Of a stretch of DNA of 64,000 bases, positions 11,943 to 25,932 are shown one piece after another. The notes beneath the pieces were generated by a model, which ran no database searches, was not told the DNA's origin, and was given only the letters and a program-made list of their open reading frames with translations. Where the stretch lies: contig NC_134030.1 in the NCBI RefSeq assembly GCF_964204645.1, positions 15,128,110 to 15,192,109 on the forward strand, in the 5' to 3' direction. The position numbers and the translations under genes were made by a program. This DNA comes from Tubulanus polymorphus (lineage: Eukaryota; Animalia; Nemertea). How positions within the stretch are numbered: position 1 is the first letter of the stretch; each line of letters starts with the position of its first letter.

Positions 11943-14900
11943 GTAGTATTGGCAAGATGGCCGACGGGTGGTTTGCACGAAAATGCGCTCCGTAATTAAT
12001 TAATGTTTCTTGCTGTTTTTATGACTAGAAATGTGTCAGATCTGTGCCTGTGATAGGATTATCATCAATACATCAGGATTTTAAAAGGAATATTCGCAAC
12101 TAATTATTGGTATGCTTGAAATTTAGCTTGAAACTCTGACAACATGACCAGCAAGTAGTTAAGCGTAAATTGTGGCAACACAATTTTAAACTATAGACTA
12201 TAAACTGTAAACCACAGACTCCGGTTGAAAGTTATTGTTGTATCCGTGGCTTTATCTCTCCAGTAACTACAAAAACTACAAAACTCGTAGTTTTCTTTGC
12301 TTAGACTATAAATCGTTTAAGTTCTCTGGAAGTGACAAGTGGATTATCAAATATCCAAACGTTCAAGGTCATCGTATATTCGTATGTACGATAGTCCTGA
12401 AAATTCAACGTACATATGAACTCTATGTGAACCTGCGATTTTAAGGGATTAAAGTTACTCGGCGTAAAGTTGTATATTGAAATATCTGACGTATTACCTT
12501 CAACCATGACCGACCATAGAAATGATCTAGCAAACCAAACCGCTGAAAGTGAGGTGTTTATGGACTCAAAGTCCACTGACGTGGACGACGTAACTTATGT
12601 TAAAAATTATCCCGTGGATGATAATAAATCAGTTAGGCCCAAATAGGCCTCAAAAAAACGTAAAGAGGCCCCTCTATCATCCTCTGATGAACAGCCAAAA
12701 AACGCGTCAGATGCTGTAATCGATCCAAAAACGGTATCTATCATTGATAAACCGCCAAAAAATACCTCAGTTAATATATCGGATGCGCCAACTATTCTAG
12801 AAACTCTTTTGATTATGCAAAAGACTATGGTTACAAATGAAAGCCTCGAAAAATTCAAACTCTCACTAGAGGATGTCATGGATAGAAAACTTGATGCGCA
12901 CTACCAACGAGTGGAAAAAACACTTGAACGATTTGAATGTCGTCTGTACGACTTAGAACGCGAAAATGAAGATTTGAAAAAGGAAATTGAAAATCTCAAA
13001 TTGAAGGATGACGAAAAAAAAACGGAATCTTGATTTTCTACAAAAAAGGAACTTTTGTCTATTAAACGGAAGACTATCGAAAATGAACAATACTCTCGTC
13101 GAAATAATATACGCCTGTTTGGGATCAGTGAAACGCCCGAAGAGAATTGTGCTACAGTCGTCGTTAACACACTGAAATCAAACATGCCGGATAAAATTCT
13201 GGAAGATCTATCAGTCAACGACATCGATGTTTGCCATAGAATTAAACCTAAGAAGCAAAAACAAGATGCGATGGAAACTTATACCCTAACCCGATAATTG
13301 TAAGATTTAAAGACCACCAGATCCGCAACAAAATACTATTTAATAAAAAACGTCTTATAGGTAAAACATTTTTTGTACAAGAAGATCTTTCACCGGACAT
13401 TGTTAGCTATATGAATAGAGTAAAAAAACAAGTAGGTTACCAAACGATGTGGACCATAAATGGAAAAATCTTTGCTCTTGACAAGGATGGGAAAAAAATC
13501 CCAATCAAACTCTATGAAATCTAAAACTTATAAATTAGTCTAATATATATACGTATTAACTTAACTATTTTCAACTCGAATAACGCTTATACTACTTAAA
13601 TATTAATTATGAACAGTTGTGAAAACAGCTGTCTTTAAATTTGTTTTTTTTTCTTTGCTCAATGTTTATTTTGCGATCACCACGCATTGCCGGCTACATG
13701 ACTCATAACCTTAAATTATCTAGTATGTTTTGTTATACATTTCCTTGGTTTGATGCGCGCTGTTTACGGTGCCGAAACGATTATGGAATTATCCTATGTA
13801 TCACTCTGTACTATTATTATTACTATTGGGACGATATGTATTATATTTATTTTGCAAGCGACCATGCAATCTGACAACCTACAATACGACTGCTTGTATT
13901 ATGGCAGTTCTGAGATAGCTCAAGACCCCTCAAACCAGAGTTTAAGTCTATTTCATGCAAATTTAAGAAGCATGAATAAAAACTTTGACAACTTAGTTCT
14001 GACGCTAGATTCAATAAATTGTAAATTTGATATCATCGGTATTACTGAAACCTGGGCAAAAACCTCAAATAACAATTCACTATTATATCCTATTCCAGGA
14101 TATAACTCTATATTTAAATGTAGAGAAAGCTCACTTGGCGGCGGTATAGCTTTATATATTAAGGACACGCTATATTATGAAACTCGTGCCGATCTTATCT
14201 TAACGACCATTGTTTCAGTTGAATATACTTTCATTGAAATTACTATAAAGTCTAAGGATACCTCATTGGTTTATTCTATAGACCACCTCAACTAAAGATA
14301 AACAATTTCATTGACGATTTACAAAAGTTATTTGACAAAATATCTTGTCATCAAAGGGTTTTCCTAATGGGGGACTTTAATATTAACATATTGAATAAAG
14401 ATCGCGACACTCAAACAGCTAAATTCACTGATACATTGTGCTGTAATTATTATTTAGGTCTTATTAACAAACCAACAAGAATTACGGATAATTCTGCGAC
14501 CCTACTGGATCTAATCGTTACAAACTGTTATGAAAAATACAATATTGAATCAGGTATCTTAATGTCTGATCTCTCGGATCATTTGCCCATATTTTCTATT
14601 ATAGATCTAAAATGCTCGAATAGGAAAAAAACTCCTCGGTATGTCACTTATAGAAAGAAAAACGATTATAACATGCTAACATTTAAAAGGTTACTGATGA
14701 CGGAAGATTGGGAAGATGTGTACAAATACCAAGATGTAAATTTAGTATACAATAATTTTCTCCATTTATTCCATAAACATTACAATAATTCCTTTGCAAT
14801 TATTAACAGGAAGTGGGATCGATTTAAAGATAAGAAAAACCCTTGGATGACAAAAGGCTTATTAACTTCATTAAAACGTAAAGAGAAACTTTATAAAGAG

Positions 14901-15262
14901 TATCTGCAAAAAAGGACGACAGACTCTAAAATAACTTTTCAAAACTATAGAAACCACCTGCATAATTGTATACGAGCATCTAAAAAGCGTTACTATGCAC
15001 AGCAGTTTGAAAATATTGACCCCAAACAAACCTGGGGATTAATAAATACTTTACTCAATAAACATAAAAAATCAGAATTCCCTCATAAGTTTAAATACGG
15101 AGACCAAATTATTACTGATCCACTCACGATTGCTAATAAGTTTAATGATTTCTTTACAAATATTGGCTCAAATCTGGCTGCAAAAATCCCATACTGTAAT
15201 AAAGATTATAGGTCATATTTAAGGAACAGGGTTGAAGCCACGATATTTTTGAATCCAGTGAC
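11943..15262 (+). mobile_element. CR1/L2-group (Crack/Daphne-like) LINE, 5' end present, truncated before the RT domain
   Basis: 5' UTR with AAGATGGCCG; disrupted ORF1 12506-13524 (EQYSRRNNIRLFGISE, HRI, WTINGKIF); ORF2 endonuclease about 13862-15262 (HANLRS, ITETW, GDFNINIL, PTRIT, SDHLPIF) ending at TIFLNPVT. Confidence 0.88.
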
Positions 15263-15483
15263 TATCCTTGAACATTGACCAGTTTAGAAAAGGGGAGTAT
15301 AACATTTTCGAGTGCCTCAGAGAACGCGTGAGGACCCTGCATCCGCCCGGCCTATTGATTAGTCACAATAGCAAGATTTCTAAAAGGAAATGTCATATAT
15401 AGGAATCCACGCCCACCAACTGCTGAGGTTGTAGAATACATAACACGTCGAACGTGTAGCATTTAAAACTTATAGGGCCTACG

Positions 15484-16399
15484 ATGAATTCACCCGATGC
15501 AAAAAGGATTAAAATCGAGAGCGATGACAGTTGGCGTTGCAGTTACGATAGAGACAATAAACAGAAAATCATAACTTATAAAGAACTGATTACAACGATA
15601 TTGAATCGTCGGAAAGGTACTTTGCAATGGTTAATGAACCGCAATCTGATAGCTAGTTCAAGAGAGTGCGGACATTGTAAAGGAACGATGCGCTTAACGT
15701 TGGACACAAGAAAAAAGCTGGAAGTGAGGGCTGGCGTTGGAGTTGCTGCAAGCGAATAAAAGGTAAATTACATCGCCATCACTTGTCGGTTAGATGTGGA
15801 AGTTGGTTCGCGAGATCCAATCTGACGATAGCCGAAATTTTGGAGATTACCTATTGGTTATCGCGTTTTTGTTTTTCCGAGAAGTGTGCGATCAAACTGT
15901 TTTCCGTGAATGTAAAGCAATCGGTGGCCCAGGAAAGGTTGTTGAAATAGACGAATCGAAATTCAGCAAAAGAAAATACAACCGCGGAAGACAGGTGGAT
16001 GGTCAGTGGGTGTTCGGTGGAATCGAACGTGGAAATAATGCAAACGTGTTCATGGTTGCAGTCGAAAAACGGGATGCGGAAACGTTGGTACCGATAATCG
16101 AGAAGTGGATTTTACCGGGAACCACGATAATCAGCGATTGCTGGAAAGCATATTCTAGTTTGGGAGAGCGCGGATATAATCACTTGACGGTTAATCATAG
16201 TGTCACTTTTGTTGATCCAGAAACTAATGCATGTACAAATTTGATCGAGAATTAGTGGCTTCATGCAAAAAAAAACTTTCCGAAATATGGAACAGTGAAA
16301 GAACATTTTGACTCTTATCTTGGCCAATACTTGTGGCGATGCTGAGTAGGAACTTCGGATCCATTCCTCTCATTCTTGAATGACGTGAAAACAATTTAT
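15484..16399 (+). pseudogene. Merlin/ISXO2-family DDE transposase, frameshifted; last codons (NANINEL*) displaced to 21425-21448 by a LINE insertion
   Basis: IGGPGKVVEIDESKFSKRKYNRG, WVFGGIER, PGTTIISDCWKAY, HLTVNHS, TNLIEN motifs; N-terminal CxxC. Confidence 0.92.
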
Positions 16400-16581
16400 T
16401 TTTTTTATTGATATTTTATTTACATAGAACATATACAATAATACAGAGACAAGAATTATTAAATACATGATGAAAATACTAATTTAATATATTAAGTAGG
16501 AGATGGTTCTATGATGGACTGACCCAAAGCCTCAAGGCTGTATCGCAAATGCGAGGGCCATACCTTTATGATAAGATGATA

Positions 16582-19500
16582 TCATAATGATGATGGGTGA
16601 ATGGATGGAGTGATATGGAAATTAATTGGATGAATTAGATATACATGTATAGCATTATGCTGGTTGAAGCGTGATTGTTCTAGTATTTTTTTCAGTAGTT
16701 GTTGTTTAAAACCTCGAGTGAAAGAGCTGATAGTTCTTGAATTCCTGATATTAGTATTTAAATTTTGCCAAATGGTAGGAATCTTGTTTAAGAATGAGCT
16801 GTTAAAAATTGTACTTTTATGATGGATCGTTTTAGGGAAATTGCGAGATCTTGTATTATACCTGTGATTTGAGGAGTGAGTTGTAAAAAAATTCATAATG
16901 GGTTCCAGCAGGAGCTGTTTTGAGAAGCTGTTACCAAGTTTTGCTAGTTCAATTTGGATAATATCATCAAATTTTGGAATTTCATATTTTTTGAAAATAG
17001 GTGTAGATGGAGAATTGTAAGACGCATTATCGATGTAACGCATGGCGTTTTTCTGTAATTTGAAAATTGATTTTGACTGTTTCTTTGAGAGTAATGGGCC
17101 CCATAATGTAATTCCATAGGTCAAATAGGGATGAATGAAACTAAAATAGAGTAGCTTCTTGCTCCATGAGGGCAGAAACTTTTTCAGATTTCTTAAAAGA
17201 TATAAATTACTATTAATTTTTGCCCGTACATGCTTGGCATGTTGATCCCAAGAAAGTATTTCATCGATATAGAGACCAAGAAATTTACAGAAATTGGTTG
17301 TTTTGATAATTTGATCATTAACTTTAAGTTCAAAATTACGAGTATTCAATGTAAAATTTCTCGGATGGAAAATGATGAAATTTGATTTATTTAAATTCAG
17401 AGTCAAATTGTTCGCTCTAAACCAATCTACAAGCATTACAACATCATTTTTTAACTTTTCCTGAATATCTAATAATTTTTTGCCTGTAATAAAAATAGTT
17501 GTATCATCAGCAAAGAGAATAAATTTACAATATTTAAGGGATTGGTAAAGGTCATTTGTATATACAAGAAATAACAGAGGGCCTAATATTGAACCTTGAG
17601 GGATTCCATACGCTACATGATCTATTTTTGATTTTGTTTCATTAGTTTTTACGTACAATCGTCTATTTGTCAGATAACTGCTGAACCAATTAAGTGGGCC
17701 CCCCTTACACCATATTTTTCCAGTTTAACTAAAAGTTTGTTCACATCTATAGAATCGAATGCTTTTGAAAGATCTAAAAATAGACCCATAGTACAATTTC
17801 CCCTTACAAATCCCTTTAAAATATTTCCTGATAATTCCATAATTGCTTGACTTGATGAGTGGTTAGATCTGAATCCGTATTGACTTTTATATAGTAGTTT
17901 ATGTTTTGAAAGAAATTTGTATAATCTATTATAAACAATCTTTTCTAGGATTTTAGAAAGTACAGGGAGGAGGGAAATTGGTCTGTAGTTGGTTGTTAGA
18001 CATTTATCCTTAGACTTATAAATTGGAATAACTTCAGCTAATTTCATATTTACAGGCACCACTCCCTCACTTAATGATTTATTGAAAATGCTTGCTAATG
18101 GTTGGTTGATGGCAGTAATAATATTTTTTAACAGGGTATTATTTATATCGTCGTGTCCTGAACTGTTTTTATTTGGTAGGGATTTGACCAGAGTTTGTAT
18201 TTCATTTGGGTCAGTTGGATACAGAAATATATTGTTATCATTATGAGTCTTTATGTAATCGGTGAAGGGTTTATTTGAATTTGGTATTTTGTTAGCATAT
18301 TCTTGTCCAATTTTACTGAAAAATGTTGAAACAGTGTCACTGACTGATTTCGGATCTGATATATTATTGCCTTGAGATACATTCAACGAAGGAAGATTTA
18401 TTATTCAACTTACCAATAGAATGTTTCATGAAACTCCACAATTTTCTACTATCGTTTTTGAAGTTAAGTATCTTATTTGCATACAAATTCTGTTTTGCTT
18501 TTCTCATAATGTAATTAAAAACACTTTAGTAAACCAGATGACATCCAGGGTTCCACAGGTGTAGATTGTCGTTTTTTCACATTTTTAAGCGGAGCATAGT
18601 GATTCAATGATGCTCGAATTTTTTTAACTATAAAGTCATAACTGTCATCACACGTCATATTTGATGTTGTGGTCCAATCCACATTGGATAGTTCCTGTTT
18701 AATTAATTCAATATTAGCTTTATTTAGATTTCTTGACAATTTGGGTACATTTTTGGTATTTGAATTTTGATTAACGATGGAAACAAAACAAGGAAGGTGA
18801 TCTGATAAATATGTAGTGATTATATTAGATTTATAATTATTATGTAATTTAGAGCTTAAGTAGATGTTATCAATGAGAGTTGCTGTTTTATGGGTGATTC
18901 TAGTAGGTCGAAATATTGTTGGCAGTAAATCATTAGAAATATTGATATCAAGGAAGTTAGCTATATTTTTATGAATATTTAGTTTTAAATAATCTAAGTT
19001 CTGGTCCATACCTAATATGACATTCTTTCTTTCTAGTTTCACTTTATTCAAAATAGTTTCATAATCCTGGAAAAAGTCTAGTTCGTTTGTACCAGGGACA
19101 CGGTATAACTCACCGACTATAAGATTTTCACTGACTTTACCTGATTTCGATAAGATTTCGACAAAACAGGTTTCAAGTTTACCCTCTTTAAAAATACATA
19201 GGTCATCTCTAGGTTTGAATGAGAGTTTTTTATTTAGATAAATTGCAACACCTCCTCGACTACGAGTGTCTCTGTGTTTTTCTATAAGTTCATATCCTGG
19301 TAAATGACATAGGGGTAGATTCTCTTTTTTAATGAAGGTTTCACAGAGAAGAAGTAAATGTACATCAATATTAGCCATTTTAAATTTATGTATCAAAGTT
19401 TTTAGCTCATTAAGTTTGCTTGGAACGCTATTTATATTGTATTGTAGGATATTCAAACTATTGTTATCAACTTGCTTCACATTTTGTATTTCACTGTATG

Positions 19501-19606
19501 GAGAATCATTATTTAGAAATAACTGCTCATCTGTTAGGTCATTCAAATGGAGACTGTCATAATTTTGTGTATTGCGTGCTTTTGGTTCAAAGTTTCCTAA
19601 ACACAT
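16582..19606 (-). pseudogene. LINE ORF2 (APE endonuclease + RT) broken into three ORFs
   Basis: LCETF, GGVAIY, PTRIT, SDHLP; NYRPISLL, FLDLSKAFD, GIPQGSILGP, LFADDT. Confidence 0.93.
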
Positions 19607-20217
19607 ATCTGAAAATGATGAACTTTAATATTAGTTCAACCAGCGGATATAAGTGAGTGATGAGATGAGTTGAAACGAAAAGTATTGTAAAAACGTAGAT
19701 ATGATACATAGAAAATATTCGATAAACCTGTATGTAAATACAGAGAAAAACTTTCATAGTGATATATTATCAATAATGTCATGTGATGGTCCGGTTAGAC
19801 CGGCGTCAACAATTTAGAATTTCACACACGTTGCTGTAATTAAACATTTGTTTATATGCGATACATCTAAGAAAATTCAAATCCTTATTGACACTCAGCA
19901 TTATATACACTCAAATATACTAGTTAATAATGTACAGTTTAAAGTTGGTTAAATATTCTATGTTTTATAATGGACAGTTGAAGACTGCTGAGTAACCTGT
20001 GGATATATACTGTAAAATTGATATACGGTACATAAGGTTTTGAAAGGTTTGAGTCAGAATGATGGATATACTGCAAAAATGTTACATAATTTTTTTTTCC
20101 TAAATATGAGTCCAGTTGACCGTCTGATTATATTGAAGTTCGCTATGGAGTAGTACACAATAGTTCAATTTATATATCAGGCATAGTTATAACTGTCAGT
20201 GAATTTGAGTTCATTGT

Positions 20218-20973
20218 TTAATTGGGCAGTGGTTCGTAGAGATCGATACGTTTTGTCTTACCATCTTGTCGACTACTACCAAATACCTTACCATTCATGG
20301 TCCAGACTTTGTCGTAGATCCCCGAGTTAATTGCTCTATTAACAAGTTTTCCTATCTCCGGGCACAGATCTTCACGAATTGATAATCCGGAGTCTTTTAA
20401 ACGTGCACGTTTCGAAATGATATTGTCTCTAATCTCGCGGCCATGAAAGCGTATAAGAATACTGTTCGGTTTAGTATTTGTATCGTCGGTAGGTTTGGAT
20501 CTGTTTTTAACGCGATGAGCTACTTCGATATTCTCCGAACAAATTTTTTTCATAATCACTTAGTTGGAGGCCGGCATTCAAAGAGTTAATTGTACGCAAT
20601 TTTCGGCAGTTTTCGATTTTGTGAGACATATCGGCAATTGCTTTAAATAGACTTTGTAGATTATTGTCTTCAGATGAGGCTGCGGATTCTACAGTTGAGC
20701 TTCTCTCTGCGTTTTTTCGTTGGTGGTCCTTTTTTTCCCGCTGCTTTCGTTGTTACTCGCATCCATAAAAACCTCAACATTGTCATGCACCTCATCAGCT
20801 GGTGGTCGTTCGATTTCTATGTCGACCCTGTTATCATGGGCAGGAATTTGTTCGTTTGGTGCTGCAGTAATCTGATTCGCGTTATTTTCATTATTCTCAT
20901 TATTGGTTTCCGGTACAATTTTTTCTGAGGATTTCGGTTTGAACATATCTGTAATGCTAGCCTGTGATGCCAT
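20218..20973 (-). pseudogene. LINE ORF1, disrupted and probably internally deleted
   Basis: IEVAHRV...ILIRF...IREDL...VWTMNGKVF. Confidence 0.75.
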
Positions 20974-23021
20974 TTTAACTTCAGTAGATTACTCATGTAT
21001 TAAGAGAATGGTTCAACATAGATACGAATTACTATTTGCTGAGAGTTCAAACTTTGACCTCTCAAACACGAGTACAGTTGACACACAGTATACAATGCAC
21101 TGATTGCGTGAATAGCTGTCAAACTCAACTGTCAGGTGTCGAAGTGACAATTTGAGCAGTGAACAGTGTTGTGAACAGTGTTATGATCGCAAATTATAAC
21201 AGAATCTTCGTAAATTCGAAAATAAATCCATCAAAATATCAGCTTCGCAAGCATAATTCGCCCTGAGATCTTCACAGCTTCAAGTCACAATATTTGTATA
21301 TATCTATTGATCCTATGCTTCGATGTCAAATCCAAGTATAACAGGTTGAAAAAGCCTAATAAACCAGGAGCTCTTACATGACCAACCTGACTGACACGGC
21401 GGCCATATATCTGATCTGATTTATAATGCAAATATTAACGAATTGTAGTGTGTTATGGTTCAAATAAAGAGTACACATGACGATAGTTCCATAAAATGGT
21501 ATTCATTTTTAGTTTCTGTGAGAAATGATAGACACTTAACGTATCAGTAGAAAGTGATGGTAACACATACAAATACCCCCGTCAGATCTGTTTAGAGAAA
21601 TACAAACGAGTGTCCGAAACATATACATAAACGAAGATATTGGACATAAACAAAAAATCATTAATACATGGATTGAATTTACTTTGGGGATAATAATTTA
21701 CATTATTCAAGTTGAATACATAAATCAAGTTGTTTGTAACGATATAAAGCAATATAAAACCCTAGACACATTTTTGTATAACCTGATCACTATATGGGAT
21801 TCGACCTTATTATCATATGCCGTACGAATCACAGCGATATCGTAGTAGGACTCAATGCACAACATGCTGTATATTCGACGTGAAGCGAATCACTGTAAAC
21901 GGTGTGTATTGATATGAACCGAATCACTTCAAACGGTGCACCTACACATGTGTGCTAGGTATAGTAAAGTCAAGCCGAATTCGACTTGGGAAATTTTTCT
22001 TTCTTGTTTATTCAATATCCTTGTGCACATTTATGAAATGACACCGAGGTCAATAGTTCATTCATGAAAAGGTGCATGGTTTTTAGAGTTTATCAGACAC
22101 CTCTCATTAAAAGAATGCACACAATAAAGTCAATTTGAATGTGAAATTGAAATTCATTATCTGTACCATTTTTGGGCCTAGTCTTAAGGGTGAAGTTCTG
22201 TTTCGCCTTTTTAGGTGGTTATTCGCAATTTAATTTCGGTAAGCTTAGCTTTTCAAGTGTTAGTTGGAATCATCACAACAAAGTCGATTGGAATTTGACT
22301 TTGAAATTAATTTACGTCAACATTTTCGGTTTTTAATGGTGGTCTTCGGTCATTTAGGGTGGTTTCGAAGTGTTTTGCTTCGTTTTGGGTAATAGCACTG
22401 TTAATGCCCGTATATATACACATACTAATCTTGGATAATAACAAACTATTAAAGTTTACCAATTGAACACTATTTAAATTAACTGAATGAATAGATTCTA
22501 ATACTTGTTCCAATTTTTTCGGCGGAAAACGGTAAAGCCCTGGGGAGAAAGTATCAGGTTGTTTTGAAATGGGCTGTGATTTCTGATCCCGAAAAATCTT
22601 ATATTGTCTTGGTACTGCCTAGTTGTTTCACAGTACATACAGAGTTGGAGCATACAATTCCAGTTTTAAGTACCCAAAAACTTGCTGATACAAAATATTG
22701 CTCACAATAACAGCTCTATTCTTATGTGAAGGGTAAATTATTGCAATGGAAGGGGGATAAAGGATTACATGGCATGTTATACAAAAACAGTTACTCAAAT
22801 ATATCAGAAACCGCATAAATCAAGTGTTTTGAGTGTTTCTCCCATTCAGTAAGTAAAAACAATTTATGTGGGATATAACCTCTATACTCTCAATAATGTA
22901 ATATAATTTCCGGATCTTCAATGTTTACTCATGCAAATGGTTAATCTACCATGTCAGCAGGAGATTTCACTGGTACAATATCATTTTCCTTTTCCCCCGC
23001 TCTCGTTAAATACGTAAAAAA

Positions 23022-23083
23022 TCAAACCAGTTGACCAGGTGATTTTTGGATTCCACACACTAGGTTGGCTGGTAATGCTGCAT
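23022..23083 (-). CDS. ETHE1: ETHE1 persulfide dioxygenase, last coding exon ((D)AALPANLVCGIQKSPGQLV*)
   Basis: Acceptor TTTTGTAG, phase-1 join, conserved PANLxCG motif, TGA at 23022-23024. Confidence 0.88.
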
Positions 23084-23439
23084 CTACAAAACAACAAAGA
23101 AATATATCAATAGGGCAGTCATAATATTGTATATAAAGTTATAAACTTGATTTTTGCCAGTAGGTGACAGAATGGAGAGATGTAATAATTGTCTAAATTT
23201 TTCAAACTCTGTTAATTTACATGGAAAAATACCACTAAGGCATCAAGTTGATAACGAGAGATAATGAAAAAAACTGATTTGAAATGCTCAACAATTTTTC
23301 AATATTCAATGCCTCCTGTGGTGAACATAGCTGCATATTGTCCGCAGTAAATGATGGATCCTAGACTGGTTACCGGTCTCTATCTTCAACTAGAATGGAC
23401 AGGCAACCGGTCTATGACGGATCCGAACTAATTGCAAGT

Positions 23440-23690
23440 CTGAATTCGCGATGACGCCTGTTTAGACCCGGTAATTATGCGGGATTAATTCATAATAGAT
23501 TACTATACGCAAATTCGAAATGGTCAGGCGCTGAGTTATATTTCTGACAGAATTTAGAATTACGTTTATAAGCTGTTGGTAGTCGAATCTGAGAGGAATT
23601 ACATTTTATGAAAAGTTTTTGGCTGGAAAGTGGACCATTTATAATAATCATATTCAACGCGAGTTTTTCTAATTGAAGAAACTATAAAAA
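23440..23690 (-). mobile_element. Degenerate 5' part of the Helentron/HINE-type family
   Basis: Reverse-complement homology to 50220-50465 and 24710-24930. Confidence 0.6.
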
Positions 23691-24476
23691 TTTTGAGATG
23701 CTCCCTTACAAATGTAACCTTGACCACTTCACCTGAACTATTCGCGGTTGGGCCTACTCAACTAATACTTGCTTCCGCTGGGTTTCAGAGGCATAAAAGC
23801 TGAACAACATAAGTTGTTTCCAAGTGATAGGATAATGAAGTTCCACTGTGGTACTAAAAATCTCAGATTTTTTAATAAGGCAACAGACATAGCAAGACAG
23901 TGTTCCAGAAAACACTGAACTCCCCTCGGGAAATGAAAATTATTCAGGGGGTACAGTGTGAAGGTAGAATAGTGGCAATATGCCTAATAAAGATTCAAGA
24001 AAGCTCTTGACAAAAACATAAGCAGCTAGATGAATGTATTCAGGTGTCCCGGCATTATTTGTTTAATAATCGAAAGAACAATCATAATTAAAAATAGTCC
24101 GTTAAAGGGAAAACCATACAGGCATAAAAAATCTGACTATTCACGCTATCAAAAATACATACTCTTTATGTATTTTTTCGATATGCATCACCGCAAATTG
24201 CCCAATTTATTGTGAATAATTTGTTTAGCTTTTTCCAAGAGGCTTTGAATAAATACAATCATACTGCAGTTTTTATACATGTGAGGGTCTGTAAACACTT
24301 AGTTACATGAACAATGAAAGCCTATCCATAAAGCTTGCAAATCAGTCGAACATCACGGAAACATGAGATACCAATTGCTCGCAAAATATATCTTATATTA
24401 AAAGAGCTGTATGTTATGTTGAATACTATGTGTGACATTTTTTGTTGCTGTTTATAGTTTGTAGTATCGTACACAC

Positions 24477-24593
24477 CTATTTGCTTAGGATATGGTAAAT
24501 TCAATCCATTCATTACACCAATAAAGTCTTCTCGAGCCAGAGTTAATCTCGGATTAAATTTTTTCTCCTCGGACACGGTTGTCATGGTCTGAC
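24477..24593 (-). CDS. ETHE1: ETHE1 exon, 117 nt ((G)QTMTTVSEEKKFNPRLT...LNLPYPKQI)
   Basis: AG/GT-flanked, phase 1/1, conserved EEKxxNPRL and LPxPKQI. Confidence 0.95.
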
Positions 24594-24709
24594 CTGAAAA
24601 TAATTAAATATACTAAATGCTTAGTATTACTATGAAATCTAAAAAAATCTTTTATCATAGGTCAACATAGGTTTTGGTTGAAACATTGCATGGGAAGGGA
24701 TGAAACCGC

Positions 24710-24930
24710 TTATTAGGGTTTCTAAAACCGTCTTGTAATTTCCTTGATAATTATCATCTTTTCCACTTTCCAGCCAAAATTTTTTCATAAAATATAACTC
24801 CTCTCAGATTCGACAACTAACAGCTTATAAATGTAATTTTCCATTCTGACAGAAGTATAACTTTCCATCCGATGGTTTCGAATTTGCATATAGTGATTTA
24901 TTATGAATAAATCTCCAGTAATAACCGAAC
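24710..24930 (+). mobile_element. 5' part of a Helentron/HINE-type element
   Basis: TTATTAGGGTTTCT start and about 170 bp homologous to 50290-50460. Confidence 0.6.
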
Positions 24931-25932
24931 CATGAGGAGGTAGCCATAGACCTAACTTGATGAGAAACAACTCCCTCCGAGGAAAGATTCTCCTTCAATA
25001 AAATGTCTTTGATCAGTGAAGAGACCCGTCGGGCCACTGTATCTCGAGAAATATCACCCTTCAGGTGATCCAGTAGCGGAATAAATAACCGCTCCCTCGA
25101 ACCCCTTTGTGGAGCAGAGCGATCTAAATAGAAACACAATGCCCGTACAGGCCATTATGTCCTGTCCGGAAGACCAGGTTCAACCTGATGTTTTAGGGCT
25201 TCAATTTGCCATTGTTGACCGACCGAGCCATTGGTTCTTTGCCAAAAACTCTAAAGCAGGCCGCAGCGAAACAAATTCCTTCGCTGGCCCGAAGACAATT
25301 TGACCTTGTCGAAATGAAAGTGCATGAGTTTCAGAACGACGGGCAGAGCAAGCCAAGAACAGCAAGAATACAGTCTTTTTTGACGAATTCGCAAATGACG
25401 CTGCAGAAAGAGGTTCAAATGTAGCCTCCATAAACTTCTACAAAATTACTGACATATCCCATGGTGGAACTATTCTCGGTACCCGAGGCCGGGAAACAGA
25501 AAACCCAGCAACAAGCAGGGATATCCGATGATCAGCTGTTACGTTTGGCCATCCAGAAGCAGTCTAGTAAAAAATCTGCCAATTGAGCTACAGAGGGTGA
25601 GCATGGATCAATTTATCCTGTAGCACACCAATCTGCAAAATGACCGCATTTGGCGTCATAAATGGTACTTGTCGATGGTGGCTTAGATGCTGCGATAAAG
25701 AAGGCAGCCTGTTCTGAAAAGCCTGAAGATGACAAGGATCGCTGGACAATGGCCCGGCCAGCAGATTTAACCACTGGCTCTTCGGATGATGCCGAAAGTT
25801 CCCCTGAGAAAGAAGCGACGGGAAATTCGGAAGAATCCTGGGGTTGTCGCACAGTAGGTTGAGAAGTGGTAGGAACCATTTCTGAGCCAACCAACATGGT
25901 GCTACCAGAACTATGTTGCAACTGACTGATCT
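24930..25932 (-). mobile_element. DIRS1-like retrotransposon fragment (tyrosine recombinase plus overlapping pol C-terminus)
   Basis: KTVFLLFLACSARRSETHAL, LRP..FLAKNQ, LFI, HQVRSMATS recombinase motifs; overlapping frame VLVAPCWLAQKWFLPLL typical of the DIRS pol C-terminus. Confidence 0.85.

Larger units (their letters stand above)
16400..21418 (-). mobile_element. Near full-length CR1/L2-group (Crack/Daphne-like) LINE inserted in the 3' end of the Merlin transposase
   Basis: A-rich tail at 16400, ORF2 19606-16582, ORF1 20973-20218, 5' end ATATGGCCGCC; probable TSD ATTTAT (16394-16399, 21419-21424). Confidence 0.9.
6823..21976 (+). mobile_element. Merlin (ISXO2/IS1016-like) DNA transposon containing three nested LINEs
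   Basis: GG...CC ends; TIR core CTTTACTATACCTAGCACAC (6830-6849) and its reverse complement (21950-21969); 8-bp TSD GAATTCGA (6815-6822, 21977-21984); internal ISXO2 transposase. Confidence 0.92.

Noticed and set aside
15484-16399. Bacterial IS1595/ISXO2 insertion or contamination
   Set aside because: It lies within a eukaryotic Merlin element with nested LINEs, next to a spliced gene.
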